DNA of 64,000 nucleotides from Phormidesmis sp. (GTDB taxonomy: Bacteria > Cyanobacteriota > Cyanobacteriia > Leptolyngbyales > Leptolyngbyaceae), in NCBI GenBank assembly GCA_965248535.1, contig CBDFJR010000005.1, positions 64,001-128,000 on the forward strand, given 5' to 3'. The position numbers and the translations under genes are program-made. Of the stretch, positions 29,314 through 39,856 are shown piece by piece; the stretch's first letter is position 1, and each line of letters opens with the position of its first letter. Under the pieces are notes generated by a model. It saw nothing but the letters and a program-made list of their open reading frames with translations, did no database searches and was not told the DNA's origin.

Positions 29314-30677
29314 TCGAGCGTTCTGACGGTCAAAACCTGGGGTGGCGTGGCATCGGGTGGATAGATAAAATCGACTGCTACCAGCCGCTGCTCTCCGGGT
29401 TTCATCGTCAGAGTTGCCAGGGGTTCGCCTTGCTGACCGCGACGCAGCACTAGGTGTACAAATCGCGTTTGGGGCAATCCGGCATCATCATTAAACCTTA
29501 GTCTAACCGTGCCTCTAAAGAAGACTTGACGAGCAGGCGGCTCAAAAAACCGCAGTCCTTGCTGGGTGTCTTCTCGCTTTAACGGGTTTTCTAGCGCGAT
29601 CGTCACCACCTGACTCTGGTTAGTAGCATTTCGCAGTGGCATCGACAAGTTATATCCAATCGCATAATTTCCGTGGGCTTCATAAGCCGTGTCGGGGTAG
29701 CGCCTGAGCAGTTTGGCGTTTTGATTTTGCCCCGTGCCCATCGTGCCCCGATAGAGCAAACTTAGCCCATAGGAAAAGGCCTGACCCGGTTGAGGAATGG
29801 CGAGGCGATCGCTGCCCTCATCCACCAATCGCCCAGACCACTGAGAACCCTGCGCGACTCCCGCCACTCGCCCATAGGCAAATGCCCCACTAGATTGAGA
29901 AATAGGCGTAGCCGCATCGTCACGAGGTGCCACTAGGTCACCCTGATCTAATAAAGTCTGCCATTCTTCTAACGTGGGTGCCCGTTCGCTGCCGTCAGAG
30001 TTTGGTTTGGCAAACATCCCCAAGCTGGCGACATAGACCTTGCCTGTGCTGCGAAGGTGCATCAGCGTCGATCGACCATTGAGCGGCGGCGTTAAAGTCT
30101 TCACCGGAATCGGGAGATTCATCAACAATCGACTTTCACCGGGCGGAATCACAATCTGAGGCGGAAAGATCGGTTGCCGCTGCCCTCTCAACACCTCACC
30201 AACGGCCCGCCCACCCGGCCCGGCAAACACCTTGCCTGTGGCGTTATCGACATAAGAAGGCAGATCGATAAAGGGCGCATCGGGCTGGCTGACATAGCTA
30301 GCAGCTTGCAAGATATCTAGGGTAACTGCCGTTTGTCCGGGATTGTAGACAATCACCCCTAGATAGAGAGTTCTGAGATCCTGCGGGGTTAACGCTTTAG
30401 CAATGTGATGAGCAAAGACATCAAAGCGGCCTTCAAAGGCTTGATTGAGGTGAGCAGAAGGCACTCGCTTGCCTGTTGAGGGAAAGGTCGAGAGCAGAAT
30501 TCCTTCGCTCTGCACCACTTCGGGACTGTTGCTGTTAAAGACCAAGACTGAATCAAGCTGACCCGGCAGCGATCGCACTTCTTGAGGCTTGACAATTTCT
30601 TGAGGAGGCAGAATCGGAGTTGCTTGTGCCAAGGTCAAAATCGGTAGGAATGACAACATTATCAAGCGTAGGATCAT
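29301..30677 (-). CDS. DUF3370 family secreted protein
   Basis: VRSLPGQLD.V.VFNSNSPE, GILLSTFP, YGRVAGV, AHGNY, YPPDATPPQVLTV. Confidence 0.85.
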   Translation of the reverse strand: MILRLIMLSFLPILTLAQATPILPPQEIVKPQEVRSLPGQLDSVLVFNSNSPEVVQSEGILLSTFPSTGKRVPSAHLNQAFEGRFDVFAHHIAKALTPQDLRTLYLGVIVYNPGQTAVTLDILQAASYVSQPDAPFIDLPSYVDNATGKVFAGPGGRAVGEVLRGQRQPIFPPQIVIPPGESRLLMNLPIPVKTLTPPLNGRSTLMHLRSTGKVYVASLGMFAKPNSDGSERAPTLEEWQTLLDQGDLVAPRDDAATPISQSSGAFAYGRVAGVAQGSQWSGRLVDEGSDRLAIPQPGQAFSYGLSLLYRGTMGTGQNQNAKLLRRYPDTAYEAHGNYAIGYNLSMPLRNATNQSQVVTIALENPLKREDTQQGLRFFEPPARQVFFRGTVRLRFNDDAGLPQTRFVHLVLRRGQQGEPLATLTMKPGEQRLVAVDFIYPPDATPPQVLTVRTLDQAR

Positions 30678-30715
30678 TAAATTTGGGGGCGGGGCGGATC
30701 ATAACTTTGCTTTCG

Positions 30716-31735
30716 CTATCCGCCTTCAGGCAATGCACGTTGGACTTGGCTTAACTTAAATAAAAGTATCTTTCGTCTGTTGTGTAACATTAGAATCACT
30801 TCATGTTTTTGAGGATAACGCCGCTCAATATACTCAATAAAGTCATCTATCGTACAGGTTTTGGCATTCCCTCCGTTCCACTGATGGAAATTCTCACTCT
30901 CCTGCTTTGCAATCGTAATGATATTGTCTGGATCATTAGCAAGAAAATGATAAGTATTTTTGTCGTATAGATGATGACCGACCAGTTCTATCAGCCTATC
31001 TTCATACTTGTTACGAGCAACACCAGTAATTTGACAAGAACGATCTTTACTTTTTGCATAACGAACAGCTTTATCAACTTCCTTCTTTGATGGAGATGGG
31101 ACAAGAGCAAGAAACTTTAAAACTGGTGGAGCAACTTCTCCAACTCTTGTACAATATTCACGCCTCTCTTCAGCTAGCAAGCTGACAGATAACTCTATGC
31201 TCAATCTCTCCAAGCCAGACAAGGAGAAATAATCACTGCTCTCGCGACTTTCAAAATCCTCATTGATCCTCATTGGAGAGTCAGACCTCTGAATGCCTAG
31301 AAAAGCTGTGTTTAGCCTATAGACGGTTGTTTTGAATACCTTCACTACATCTTTACGGGTAAGCCAGTGACGTTGGTTTCTCAAAGCTAGAGATGAACTA
31401 TTCTCATACACTACCTGACGAACCTCTCCATCAATTCGATCGATACGATACCGCTCAATTAATGCGAAAACTTTTTTCAAGGCGAGTTCAGTTGCCTCAC
31501 CGCGCAAATCCAAATAGCTAGCAATTGCGATCGCTCCCTCCCGTGAAAAGATTCTTACTGGCTGCTTGCCTGTATATCCTTGTACTACAAAATGTAACCA
31601 TTCCTTGAGACGAAGGTTTTCATCAGAGGAAGCTGCCAGCAAATCTACTATTTCATCAAAATTCCTTTGTTCTAATTCAAAGGCTTTAGCAAGGCTTTCT
31701 TCTTCGACATAAAAGATTTCCCTATCAAAAGACAT
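30716..31735 (-). CDS. Hypothetical protein with two ORF6N/KilA-like repeats and a C-terminal HNH-like nuclease domain
   Basis: KSKDRSCQITG...LVGHHLY...DNIITI...NFHQW fits the HNH pattern; N-terminal repeats LKEWLHF..RIFSREGAIAI and RINEDF..DYFSLSGLERL. Confidence 0.6.
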   Translation of the reverse strand: MSFDREIFYVEEESLAKAFELEQRNFDEIVDLLAASSDENLRLKEWLHFVVQGYTGKQPVRIFSREGAIAIASYLDLRGEATELALKKVFALIERYRIDRIDGEVRQVVYENSSSLALRNQRHWLTRKDVVKVFKTTVYRLNTAFLGIQRSDSPMRINEDFESRESSDYFSLSGLERLSIELSVSLLAEERREYCTRVGEVAPPVLKFLALVPSPSKKEVDKAVRYAKSKDRSCQITGVARNKYEDRLIELVGHHLYDKNTYHFLANDPDNIITIAKQESENFHQWNGGNAKTCTIDDFIEYIERRYPQKHEVILMLHNRRKILLFKLSQVQRALPEGG

Positions 31736-31737
31736 GA

Positions 31738-32289
31738 TTATAATCCGGCAATAATGCTCTTGTACATAGTCTCTATTTGCTCAAAAACTTCTCTATCTCC
31801 AGTTTCTGCATTATCAGGGTGATAAATTTTGGAGAGTCGGTAATAAGAAGCTTTGATGTCATTTTTTGTCGCAGTTTTGGGATCTAACTCAAACACCTGC
31901 CAAGGTTTGAAGTATTGAAATACATTGATACCGTTAACATGACCGTACCCTTGCTGATTTTCTTCATTAGGGAGAATACCAACCAACTTTCGATACAGCG
32001 TTTCCCAACTTGACTTTAAACGGAAGTCAAAATTGTCCAGCCCATCGGTAGCCATCTTGAATGCGCCAGACTTTCTCAACTCGACAGTATCCTTAACGTT
32101 GAAACGATGATAAACAGCTTGCTTTAGCTCATCTATCTTCAGAGGCCTTGCTGCTTGATCAAGCCCTCTTTTTGAACTTTGAACTACAAAATAGGCGAAT
32201 TCTTCCAGGAGTCTGGCATCAACCTGCTCAACTTTAGAAAGGCGAACTATTTCATCCTGTACCTGTGTAGTCAGAGCTACCTGAACCAT
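31738..32289 (-). CDS. C-terminal J-domain (DnaJ-like) protein
   Basis: PWQVFELDPKTATKNDIKASYYRLSKIYHPDN...FEQIETMY with intact HPD. Start ATG 32289 (ORF track gives GTG 32304). Confidence 0.85.
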   Translation of the reverse strand: MVQVALTTQVQDEIVRLSKVEQVDARLLEEFAYFVVQSSKRGLDQAARPLKIDELKQAVYHRFNVKDTVELRKSGAFKMATDGLDNFDFRLKSSWETLYRKLVGILPNEENQQGYGHVNGINVFQYFKPWQVFELDPKTATKNDIKASYYRLSKIYHPDNAETGDREVFEQIETMYKSIIAGL

Positions 32290-32550
32290 GTGATGGAGTA
32301 CCACATTTTTTGTTTACCTATGCTAACACGCTTAATTTCTTAAATGGCGATGCTTGATAAACCTGAAGACTTTGATGGGATTTACTAGGTGCAAAAGATG
32401 AAGTTGTGAGAGGGCAAACCGGGTCAGTCACGCGATTCATTGCGACACTACTTAAGGATTCATCAAAACTTTATGCACAACTGTCACAACCCGGCCGGAG
32501 CTTTATTTGAATTGAGTGATGTTTGAACCATAGCGTTTCTGAATCTACTC

Positions 32551-33075
32551 ATGTTCAAGATACTCATTGGCATCTCTGCCCTCTCGATCGCATCCAGTCT
32601 TTTAATCACCCCACCTGCATCAGCAGCGTCAGACTATGGATGTTATATGGAGATTGGTTCAAAGCGAGTCGTTGATCTGACCCGATCAATCTGCGGGTTC
32701 AACGCCGAACAAGCTGCTAAAGACTACCAAAAAGATTCTGCTTATCTCAAAGCGATCAGAAAAGTGTTGCAGCAAAATTCTTATGGCAGCCGTTCGGTCA
32801 AAAATCTGGTTGAAGCGAACCCAGGGGCGTTGACCAGCGCGGCTAGAAACTATTGTCAAGCTCGACAAAGCGGCAAGTCTGATAGCGAAATCATGGAAAA
32901 CACCTATCGAGACGCAGCAGACTCTATAGGCATGGAAACCCGCAACCCTAAAAACCGCCAAGAAGCCGAACGACTTCAGCAACAAATGGAAGATGCTATT
33001 GTTCCGACTCAGATTGCAATGTCACTGGCTTCTCAACATTACTGTCCTCAAGTGAACCACCGATCGCCGCGATAA
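32551..33075 (+). CDS. Secreted hypothetical protein
   Basis: Signal peptide ending ASA; CYM...VVDLTRSICG motif; later cysteines (YC..., YCP). Confidence 0.7.
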   Translation: MFKILIGISALSIASSLLITPPASAASDYGCYMEIGSKRVVDLTRSICGFNAEQAAKDYQKDSAYLKAIRKVLQQNSYGSRSVKNLVEANPGALTSAARNYCQARQSGKSDSEIMENTYRDAADSIGMETRNPKNRQEAERLQQQMEDAIVPTQIAMSLASQHYCPQVNHRSPR

Positions 33076-33142
33076 TTGCCCCTTGAGTCCCGTTTCACCT
33101 CGCACTCTGTAGTAGGCTTAGAAACGGGAACTCTGGTATCGT

Positions 33143-34564
33143 ATGACTCCTTCTCCAGCCCTTCACAAACCCTCTCGCCACAAAAATCTTTGGTTTGAGC
33201 GAGTCATGGCGATCGTAGCCACCGCTAATCTAGGACTTGTCGCCTTTGATCTAACTTATGTGCAATGGCGCGATCTCTGGTTTCGTCATGTGCCCGTCGT
33301 GACGCAGTGGTATGACCCCGTTAAAGGCATTGAACCTCATCGGGATACGGTGCAATATCTGCAAGCTGTTGATGCTTTGAAACAGGAACTTCAGCAGGGT
33401 GGACTGCAAACTCCGCAAGTGGCGCAGAGGCTGCAAGACTTGCGTGATCGCAGCACTGAGATGATTCAAACCAACCCGTTTGCGACGGCTAATAAGAGCG
33501 GTGGACTGGAGAAGATTAAAAATCGCCTTCGAGAGAAAATCTTTGGGCAACGTCGCGACCAATCGGCGCGAGAGGCGTTTAACCAGTTTTGGAGTGTAGG
33601 CTATCTTCAGCAAAAGGGCGTTGATCAAGAACTGAAATTCTTCGATCGCGAGATTCGTCCGTTAATCGCCGTTAATTATTATCGAACGATCTCAGAAAAT
33701 GGCGAATTCACCGATCGGTTTTGGCAACTCGATCTGCCGTTTATCGCTCTCTTCGGGCTGGAGTTCTTAGCACGAACGTTTTATCTCAGCCGCAGACATC
33801 AGAGTTTAAGTTGGTTTGATGCCATGCTGTGGCGCTGGTATGACGTGTTTTTGCTCTTACCTGTCTGGCGTTTGCTGCGAGTCATTCCCGTAGGGTTGCG
33901 GCTAGAGCAAGCTGGTTTTTTGAGCTGGGAGCGCATTCGTACCCAAGCCAGTCAAGGGCTGATTTCTAACATTTCAGAAGAACTGGCAGAGGTGGTGGTG
34001 GCGCAGGTGATCGATCGGGTGCAGTCTTCTATCGATCGGGGAGAACTGGCCCGATGGCTGGCTCAAACTGCGTCTCGTCCTTATGTTGACATCAATCAGC
34101 GCGATGAGATTCAAGAACTCACAAGCCATTTGATCAAACTGACAGTGTATAGAGTGCTTCCTAAAGTTAAACCAGATCTAGAGGCGCTATTGCGGCACAA
34201 CATTGAAGCTATTCTCAACCAATCTCCGGTTTATCAGGGGTTAAAAGCGGTGCCGCTGATTGGTGATTTGCCAAGACAGATCAATGAGCGATTAGTTGCA
34301 GATGTGACCGAAGGCGCTTATGGCGCGATCGTAGCAGCGTTAGAAGATCAAGCGGGAACTAAGTTGATCAACCAATTGATTAAGAATTTTGGGCAAGCGT
34401 TGACGAGTGAGATTAGCGATCAGCGATCGCTTCAAGAAGTGCAGTCGTTGATCAGTGATTTGCTAGAGGAAGTCAAGGTGAACTATGTGCGGCGCTGGTC
34501 GAGTGAAGATGTTGAAGGCATTTTAGAAGAAGCGAGACAGGTGCGGCAGATCGATAGACGGTAG
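33143..34564 (+). CDS. Conserved cyanobacterial membrane protein (hypothetical)
   Basis: WFERVMAI, YDPVKGIEPHRDT, NPF..ANKSG.LEKIK, RWYDVFLLLP; TM segments. Confidence 0.75.
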   Translation: MTPSPALHKPSRHKNLWFERVMAIVATANLGLVAFDLTYVQWRDLWFRHVPVVTQWYDPVKGIEPHRDTVQYLQAVDALKQELQQGGLQTPQVAQRLQDLRDRSTEMIQTNPFATANKSGGLEKIKNRLREKIFGQRRDQSAREAFNQFWSVGYLQQKGVDQELKFFDREIRPLIAVNYYRTISENGEFTDRFWQLDLPFIALFGLEFLARTFYLSRRHQSLSWFDAMLWRWYDVFLLLPVWRLLRVIPVGLRLEQAGFLSWERIRTQASQGLISNISEELAEVVVAQVIDRVQSSIDRGELARWLAQTASRPYVDINQRDEIQELTSHLIKLTVYRVLPKVKPDLEALLRHNIEAILNQSPVYQGLKAVPLIGDLPRQINERLVADVTEGAYGAIVAALEDQAGTKLINQLIKNFGQALTSEISDQRSLQEVQSLISDLLEEVKVNYVRRWSSEDVEGILEEARQVRQIDRR

Positions 34565-34629
34565 GCAAGATTCAATTAAACGGAGACTCGAATTTTGGGG
34601 ACTAGAGATTGCTACCGTTCGTTAACATA

Positions 34630-34657
34630 GAGGGCAAAGCACTGCCGTGCCCCTAGG
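34630..34657. repeat. REP-like palindrome
   Basis: GAGGGCAAAGCACTGCCGTGCCCCTAG between convergent genes; same family as 7633 and 55300. Confidence 0.6.
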
Positions 34658-34688
34658 TTGACTTTGGTTTTTTAATCCTGAGGTTTTT

Positions 34689-36086
34689 TTAATCTTGGGG
34701 ACTGAGCATTTGCTCTGGTCGCACGATCGAGTCGAATTCTTCGCCCGTCAAATAGCCTAATGCAACACAAGCCTCTCGCAGGGTTGAATTGTCTTGATAG
34801 GCTTTTTTGGCGACTTGAGCCGAGCGATCATAACCAATTTTTGGATTCAACGCAGTCACTAGCATTAATGAGTTAGTGAGAAAAGAGTCAATGCGATCGC
34901 GATTGGGCTGAATGCCAACGACCATGTGATTGGTAAACGAAGCACACGCGTCAGAGAGCAGCCGAATGGAATGCAAAAGATTGTGAATGAGGACGGGTTT
35001 GAAAACGTTTAATTCAAAGTTGCCTTGACTTCCGGCGAACCCGATCGCGGCATCGTTACCCATCACTTGCACACACACCATCGTCATCGCTTCGCACTGA
35101 GTTGGGTTAACCTTTCCCGGCATGATCGATGATCCAGGTTCGTTAGCCGGAAGGATTAATTCTGCCAATCCGCAGCGCGGGCCAGAACCCATCCAGCGTA
35201 AGTCATTAGCGATTTTCATCAACGTGCAGGCCAGCGTTTTGAGGGTGCCACTCGCAGCCACGATCGCATCATGGGCGGCCAAGGCTGCAAATTTATTGGG
35301 CGCACTCACAAAAGGCAATCCGGTGAGTTTAGCGATTTCTGCCGCCGATCGCTCCGCAAATTCAGGATGTGTATTCAGCCCGGTGCCGACGGCGGTGCCC
35401 CCGATCGCGAGTTGATAAAGCTCTGGCAGGGTTGCTTTGATGCGCTGCAAGCTTTGATCGAGTTGGGCCACATAGCCAGAAAATTCTTGACCCAACGTGA
35501 GCGGAACGGCATCCATTAAGTGAGTGCGACCAATTTTAATGATCTCGTCAAACTGATTAGATTTAATTAGTAACGCATCGCGCAACGCGGTCACCATTGG
35601 AATTAAACGCTGATGGATTACTTCTACGGCGGCTATGTGCATCGCTGTCGGAAACGTATCGTTAGATGACTGAGACATATTAACGTGATCATTGGGATGA
35701 ACAGGAATTTTGCTGCCCAACACGCCGTTTGCAAGCTCGATCGCTCGATTAGAAATCACCTCATTGGCATTCATATTAGTCTGAGTGCCGCTCCCGGTTT
35801 GCCATACACTCAATGGGAAATGATCGTCTAACTGCCCTGTGATCACTTCGTCAGCCGCCTGAATGATCAGATCGGTGGTGTCGTTTGGCAGTTTTCCCAA
35901 GTCTTGGTTGACCGTTGCAGCAGCGCGTTTGAGCACGCCAAATGCTCGAATTAATTCTCTCGGCATGGTGTCATGCCCGATCGCAAAATAGATCAGCGAT
36001 CGCTGCGTCTGTGCGCCCCAATAGCGATCGGTGGGAACCGCGATCGTGCCCATGCTATCTGTTTCAGTTCGAGTTTCACCAGCCAT
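34689..36086 (-). CDS. fumC: Class II fumarate hydratase
   Basis: [50 protein letters not shown]. Confidence 0.98.
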   Translation of the reverse strand: MAGETRTETDSMGTIAVPTDRYWGAQTQRSLIYFAIGHDTMPRELIRAFGVLKRAAATVNQDLGKLPNDTTDLIIQAADEVITGQLDDHFPLSVWQTGSGTQTNMNANEVISNRAIELANGVLGSKIPVHPNDHVNMSQSSNDTFPTAMHIAAVEVIHQRLIPMVTALRDALLIKSNQFDEIIKIGRTHLMDAVPLTLGQEFSGYVAQLDQSLQRIKATLPELYQLAIGGTAVGTGLNTHPEFAERSAAEIAKLTGLPFVSAPNKFAALAAHDAIVAASGTLKTLACTLMKIANDLRWMGSGPRCGLAELILPANEPGSSIMPGKVNPTQCEAMTMVCVQVMGNDAAIGFAGSQGNFELNVFKPVLIHNLLHSIRLLSDACASFTNHMVVGIQPNRDRIDSFLTNSLMLVTALNPKIGYDRSAQVAKKAYQDNSTLREACVALGYLTGEEFDSIVRPEQMLSPQD

Positions 36087-36203
36087 CAGTTCACCCCTCG
36101 TGCTTCATTTCTCATCCTACTGTGTTGTGCTATTGAGATAAAGGAGCAGTCAGATCACCAAGCGTGAGTCTAATTTGTAACTTCGCTTGCCGATCGTTGC
36201 CCT

Positions 36204-36224
36204 TGTAACTACAATGTAATTACA
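36204..36224 (+). promoter_or_regulatory. Probable autoregulatory operator of mazEF
   Basis: Tandem palindromes TGTAACTACA-A-TGTAATTACA just upstream of the antitoxin start. Confidence 0.55.
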
Positions 36225-36247
36225 TTCATTCTTGCAATGATCTTCCT

Positions 36248-36505
36248 ATGAGCGCCAGCATTAGAACTCGAATTGTTAGAATTGGCAACTCTCAAGGAAT
36301 TCGGATTCCCAAAACTCTCTTAGAGCAAAGCGGCATCGATTCAGACGTTGAGATTGAAGTTCAAGGCAATCAGTTGACGGTTCGGGCCGCATCACAGTTA
36401 CGGCATGGCTGGGACACTGCATTTGCAGCCATGGCAGCCCAAGGTGACGACTTGCTTGACGAAACCAGCACAACCGATTGGGATCAGGTCGAGTGGGAGT
36501 GGTAG
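36248..36505 (+). CDS. mazE: AbrB/MazE-family antitoxin
   Basis: RIVRIGNSQGIRIPK, R.GW..AF..MA, ends WDQVEWEW; overlaps toxin. Confidence 0.9.
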   Translation: MSASIRTRIVRIGNSQGIRIPKTLLEQSGIDSDVEIEVQGNQLTVRAASQLRHGWDTAFAAMAAQGDDLLDETSTTDWDQVEWEW

Positions 36506-36822
36506 CCAAGCGATTTGATGTTTTTCTGATTAATCTTGATCCGACTCTGGGCAAGGAGATTCAAAAGACAAGACCCTGCGTTGTCATTTCACCCGACGAA
36601 ATGAATCGCCATATTGCAACCGTGATCATCGCACCGATGACAACCAAAAGTCGAGCCTATCCGACTCGCATTCCTTGCCAATTTCAGGACAAAGCTGGGC
36701 AAATCATTCTCGATCAAATCCGCACGGTCGATAAAACTAGGCTGGTTAAAAAGCTGGGTCAAATCAGTATTAGTGAACAAAAGATAGTGCTTGATACATT
36801 AGCGGAGATATTTGCTGAGTAA
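36493..36822 (+). CDS. mazF: PemK/MazF-family toxin
   Basis: LDPTLGKEIQKTRPCVVIS, APMTT, LDQIRTVDKTRL. Confidence 0.93.
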   Translation: MGVVAKRFDVFLINLDPTLGKEIQKTRPCVVISPDEMNRHIATVIIAPMTTKSRAYPTRIPCQFQDKAGQIILDQIRTVDKTRLVKKLGQISISEQKIVLDTLAEIFAE

Positions 36823-36923
36823 GATCGCCTCCGTTCTCTACCTTTAGTGAAAATTTGAATCGTTAGCGGTTTAGTTTGATTCATCAGTTAGATAGTGATG
36901 AATCATGACTCCCATTTCAATAT

Positions 36924-39038
36924 TTAAGCTCCTAGCGTTAGTTTCCACCAGTTTAGCGTTCCAATATCATTTGCGATTTGATCTACGACGCGTAGCTGCC
37001 AGCGTCCTTGAGTGGGTTGACCAAAAAACTTTCTCAGCGTTGGCGTAGTTTGCAGTGAGTAAATCGTTTGTAGTTTTGTCCTACGTCCTAACGTGCGACC
37101 CTGAAGCATGACCACGCTGCCAGACGGCGACACCAGACTAATTTCTAAATCACCTAAATAAGTGTGATCGATATCTAGCGCAACTTGCACATCACGCACG
37201 GTGGCACTGTCGGCAATTTGAATGACGCTTACAATACCTTGCGGATCGTTGTCAGGAATCGCAACACTAGTATTGTTTTGCAACTGAATCGATCGCTGGG
37301 ATGCCGCAATCATCGCCTGTCGCTGCACCGCCGCCCGAACGGCCTTTGCCGCATTGACCTTGCCATAGCCAAACCAGTCACAGCGCCCACTTGACTCATA
37401 GGTGCCCTTGCGTAAACCCAACTGAGGGTCAGCATCACTATCGACAATTTTATCGGCGGTTTGCTGCAAAATTTGTCTCACATCTTGAGCCGTTAGATCA
37501 GGATTTGCCGACAGCACTAATGCCGCAACTCCGGCGACCAGAGGCGTTGCGCTCGACGTGCCGCCAAAATCAGACGTGAAACTACTCGCATCATATCCAG
37601 CCGCGTCAACCCGATCGGTGGTGAATATGCCCAACCCCTGAAGCTGGACGTTAATTTGTGGCGGCGTTGCCACATAGCCTAAGTCGGGCAGCCCCACGCC
37701 GGGCGGCGCATTGTTGCTGGGCGCACAGACCGAAATCTCGCCCCCCCAATTGCTGTAGGCGGCTTTTTTGCTCAAACTCGTGCAGGCTGAAATCGTCAGC
37801 ACATCGGGGTGAACGGTGAACCCGCCTAGCCACTGGGTAGCCCCACTCAAGGCATTGCGCTCCCAGCCCGACTCATTAACCGTGCCATTGGTCGGACGAT
37901 TGGCATTGCCTGCCGCAAACACAATCACGCAGCCTTTGCCGTTGCGTCCCTCGGTGGCGGCGCGAGTTAAAGCCGCCCGTTGCCGCAGCGAGAGCGGGAA
38001 GTAAACCGCACTGGGGCCCCAGCTACAGGAGATCACCGCCGCGCCTTTGGTCGTCGCCCAGTCAAACAGAGTCTCGATCGCGTCATCATCTAAAAAGCCC
38101 GTCGTCCTAATCGGCATCAGCGCACAGCCCGGAGCCGCCCCCACTACGCCAAACCCATTTTCTTCAGCGACGGCAACCCCCGCGCACGAGGTGCCGTGAT
38201 CTTCTCCAGCTTCATCGGGGTCTGGGTCAAAATCATCGCCCTTGAAGTCTCTCGGCGCAACGATTTTGCCGACTCCTTGAAAATCGGGATGCTTCAGATC
38301 CATGCCATCATCCATGACGGCCACCACGATCGAGCGACTGCCCCGCGTCACATCCCAGGCTTGCTCGGCAAATATATGAGAACCCGATGCTAAACCAGCC
38401 CCCCCGGTGTGATTGAGGTGCCACTGTTTGGCATAGAGGGGATCTTTGGGTCGATAGTGCGATTGGGCTTTGATGATCACGTTCGGTTCGGCGGTCATCA
38501 CGTCGGGGCGAGCGATCAGCCGATTGGTGATCTTCATCGGGTTTTCTTTAGCCGCAGCGGTGAGTTCAAACACAAAAGCGTTGCTGACTCCCGCGATCGC
38601 TTTCCCTTGCTTAAGTCCCAACTCTGAGGTGAGAGCGGCGATCGTCTCGGCCTTGACCGTCGGCGCAAACTGAATCGTGATCTGATTGGTGAGATAAATG
38701 CGCGAAGCTGGATTATTTTTGACCTGATAGACGTGGCTGGCATATTCCACCGTGTCGGCTTGGCGCACGTCGTTGAGCACCTGATCTTTTTGAGCAGGAT
38801 TGACCACAAACTCAGTCAACTCAGGCGGCGCAACGCCCGGCGCAACCTGAGCCGGAAATCGATTGGCTAAATCTCTCGCCTGCTGCCCCGACCCGGCATG
38901 AACGGTGAAGCGATCGTCCACTTTTTCTAACAGTAACTCTTCTCCCCCGCGCTGAAGAATTTTGCCCCGACTCTCTTCAGAGACGCTGGCATTGGCGGGA
39001 CTGTTTTGAGCAGACGGCACATTAGAGGAGTTAGTCAT
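36924..39038 (-). CDS. S8 subtilisin-like serine peptidase with C-terminal P (proprotein convertase) domain
   Basis: Triad VAVMDDG / HGTSCAG / GTSSATP; FAAGN; C-terminal IPDNDPQG...HTYLGDL...G.W.LRV.D. Confidence 0.92.
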   Translation of the reverse strand: MTNSSNVPSAQNSPANASVSEESRGKILQRGGEELLLEKVDDRFTVHAGSGQQARDLANRFPAQVAPGVAPPELTEFVVNPAQKDQVLNDVRQADTVEYASHVYQVKNNPASRIYLTNQITIQFAPTVKAETIAALTSELGLKQGKAIAGVSNAFVFELTAAAKENPMKITNRLIARPDVMTAEPNVIIKAQSHYRPKDPLYAKQWHLNHTGGAGLASGSHIFAEQAWDVTRGSRSIVVAVMDDGMDLKHPDFQGVGKIVAPRDFKGDDFDPDPDEAGEDHGTSCAGVAVAEENGFGVVGAAPGCALMPIRTTGFLDDDAIETLFDWATTKGAAVISCSWGPSAVYFPLSLRQRAALTRAATEGRNGKGCVIVFAAGNANRPTNGTVNESGWERNALSGATQWLGGFTVHPDVLTISACTSLSKKAAYSNWGGEISVCAPSNNAPPGVGLPDLGYVATPPQINVQLQGLGIFTTDRVDAAGYDASSFTSDFGGTSSATPLVAGVAALVLSANPDLTAQDVRQILQQTADKIVDSDADPQLGLRKGTYESSGRCDWFGYGKVNAAKAVRAAVQRQAMIAASQRSIQLQNNTSVAIPDNDPQGIVSVIQIADSATVRDVQVALDIDHTYLGDLEISLVSPSGSVVMLQGRTLGRRTKLQTIYSLQTTPTLRKFFGQPTQGRWQLRVVDQIANDIGTLNWWKLTLGA

Positions 39039-39233
39039 AGATGCCTCGTAAGATCGGATTGCAACGGGAGGAGATCGGAACTTTTTAAGAAGATTTTCGT
39101 CGAGACAACCCAGCTATAAATCAGCGCGGTTGGGGGTTGTCCTTGAGTAGCGATCGTACTGTGAAAGAGTCGCGTAATGATAAGATAGCCAGAGTCTAAA
39201 TTTGTCGTCTTCCTGTAATATAAAAGGTCATTC

Positions 39234-39818
39234 ATGGTAGCTGCTGGAACTGTTCGTCGCCTTTATCTCCCAGGATTGATTTCGCTGTCAGTTCTGGCAA
39301 GTTTGACTTTGACCAGACCCGTAGGTGCCCAAACTCCTGCACCTTCAACCCCGCCGGGCACCCTTCAGCCCGATAATGAGTCCCTCCGAGTCCAAAACGA
39401 TAGCCTTCTCAGTGCTCAGGGTGGGCAACGGCTGATGGATGAGGCCACCAAAGCCGTCAATAGTCAAAATTATCCGTTAGCCACCAAAAAGCTGCAAGAA
39501 GCCCGCCAGGTGTTTAACCAGCTTTCCAATTTCTATCAAGAATTGGCGACTAGCTTCTCTGGAATTGACAACCGGGTGGCAGACAGCCAACGCAAAAAGG
39601 CGCTGCAAGCGGCTCAAATGCGCGATCAATCCACTTATCAGTTGGCGCTGGTGCATCGTGCCCAAAACCAGCCAGAACTGGCGGTGCCGCTGCTGGTTCA
39701 AATCATTCGCAGTCAACAGCCGACCCGCGATCTGGGTCAAAAATCCTATCAGCAGCTTTTAGAGATTGGCTTTGTAGACGCGCCGTTTCCTAACCGCGCC
39801 AATCAGCCGACTAAATAG
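39234..39818 (+). CDS. Secreted TPR-like conserved cyanobacterial protein
   Basis: Signal peptide; helical ARQVFNQLSNFYQEL...AVPLLVQIIRSQQPTR. Confidence 0.7.
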   Translation: MVAAGTVRRLYLPGLISLSVLASLTLTRPVGAQTPAPSTPPGTLQPDNESLRVQNDSLLSAQGGQRLMDEATKAVNSQNYPLATKKLQEARQVFNQLSNFYQELATSFSGIDNRVADSQRKKALQAAQMRDQSTYQLALVHRAQNQPELAVPLLVQIIRSQQPTRDLGQKSYQQLLEIGFVDAPFPNRANQPTK

Positions 39819-39856
39819 CGATCGGGCAATCTTGTAGGGGCGCTACCTCTACAAGA

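Noticed and set aside
36924..39038. Cyanobactin PatA/PatG-type protease of a RiPP cluster
   Set aside because: It has a P domain rather than PatA/G DUF domains, and there is no precursor or heterocyclase gene nearby.
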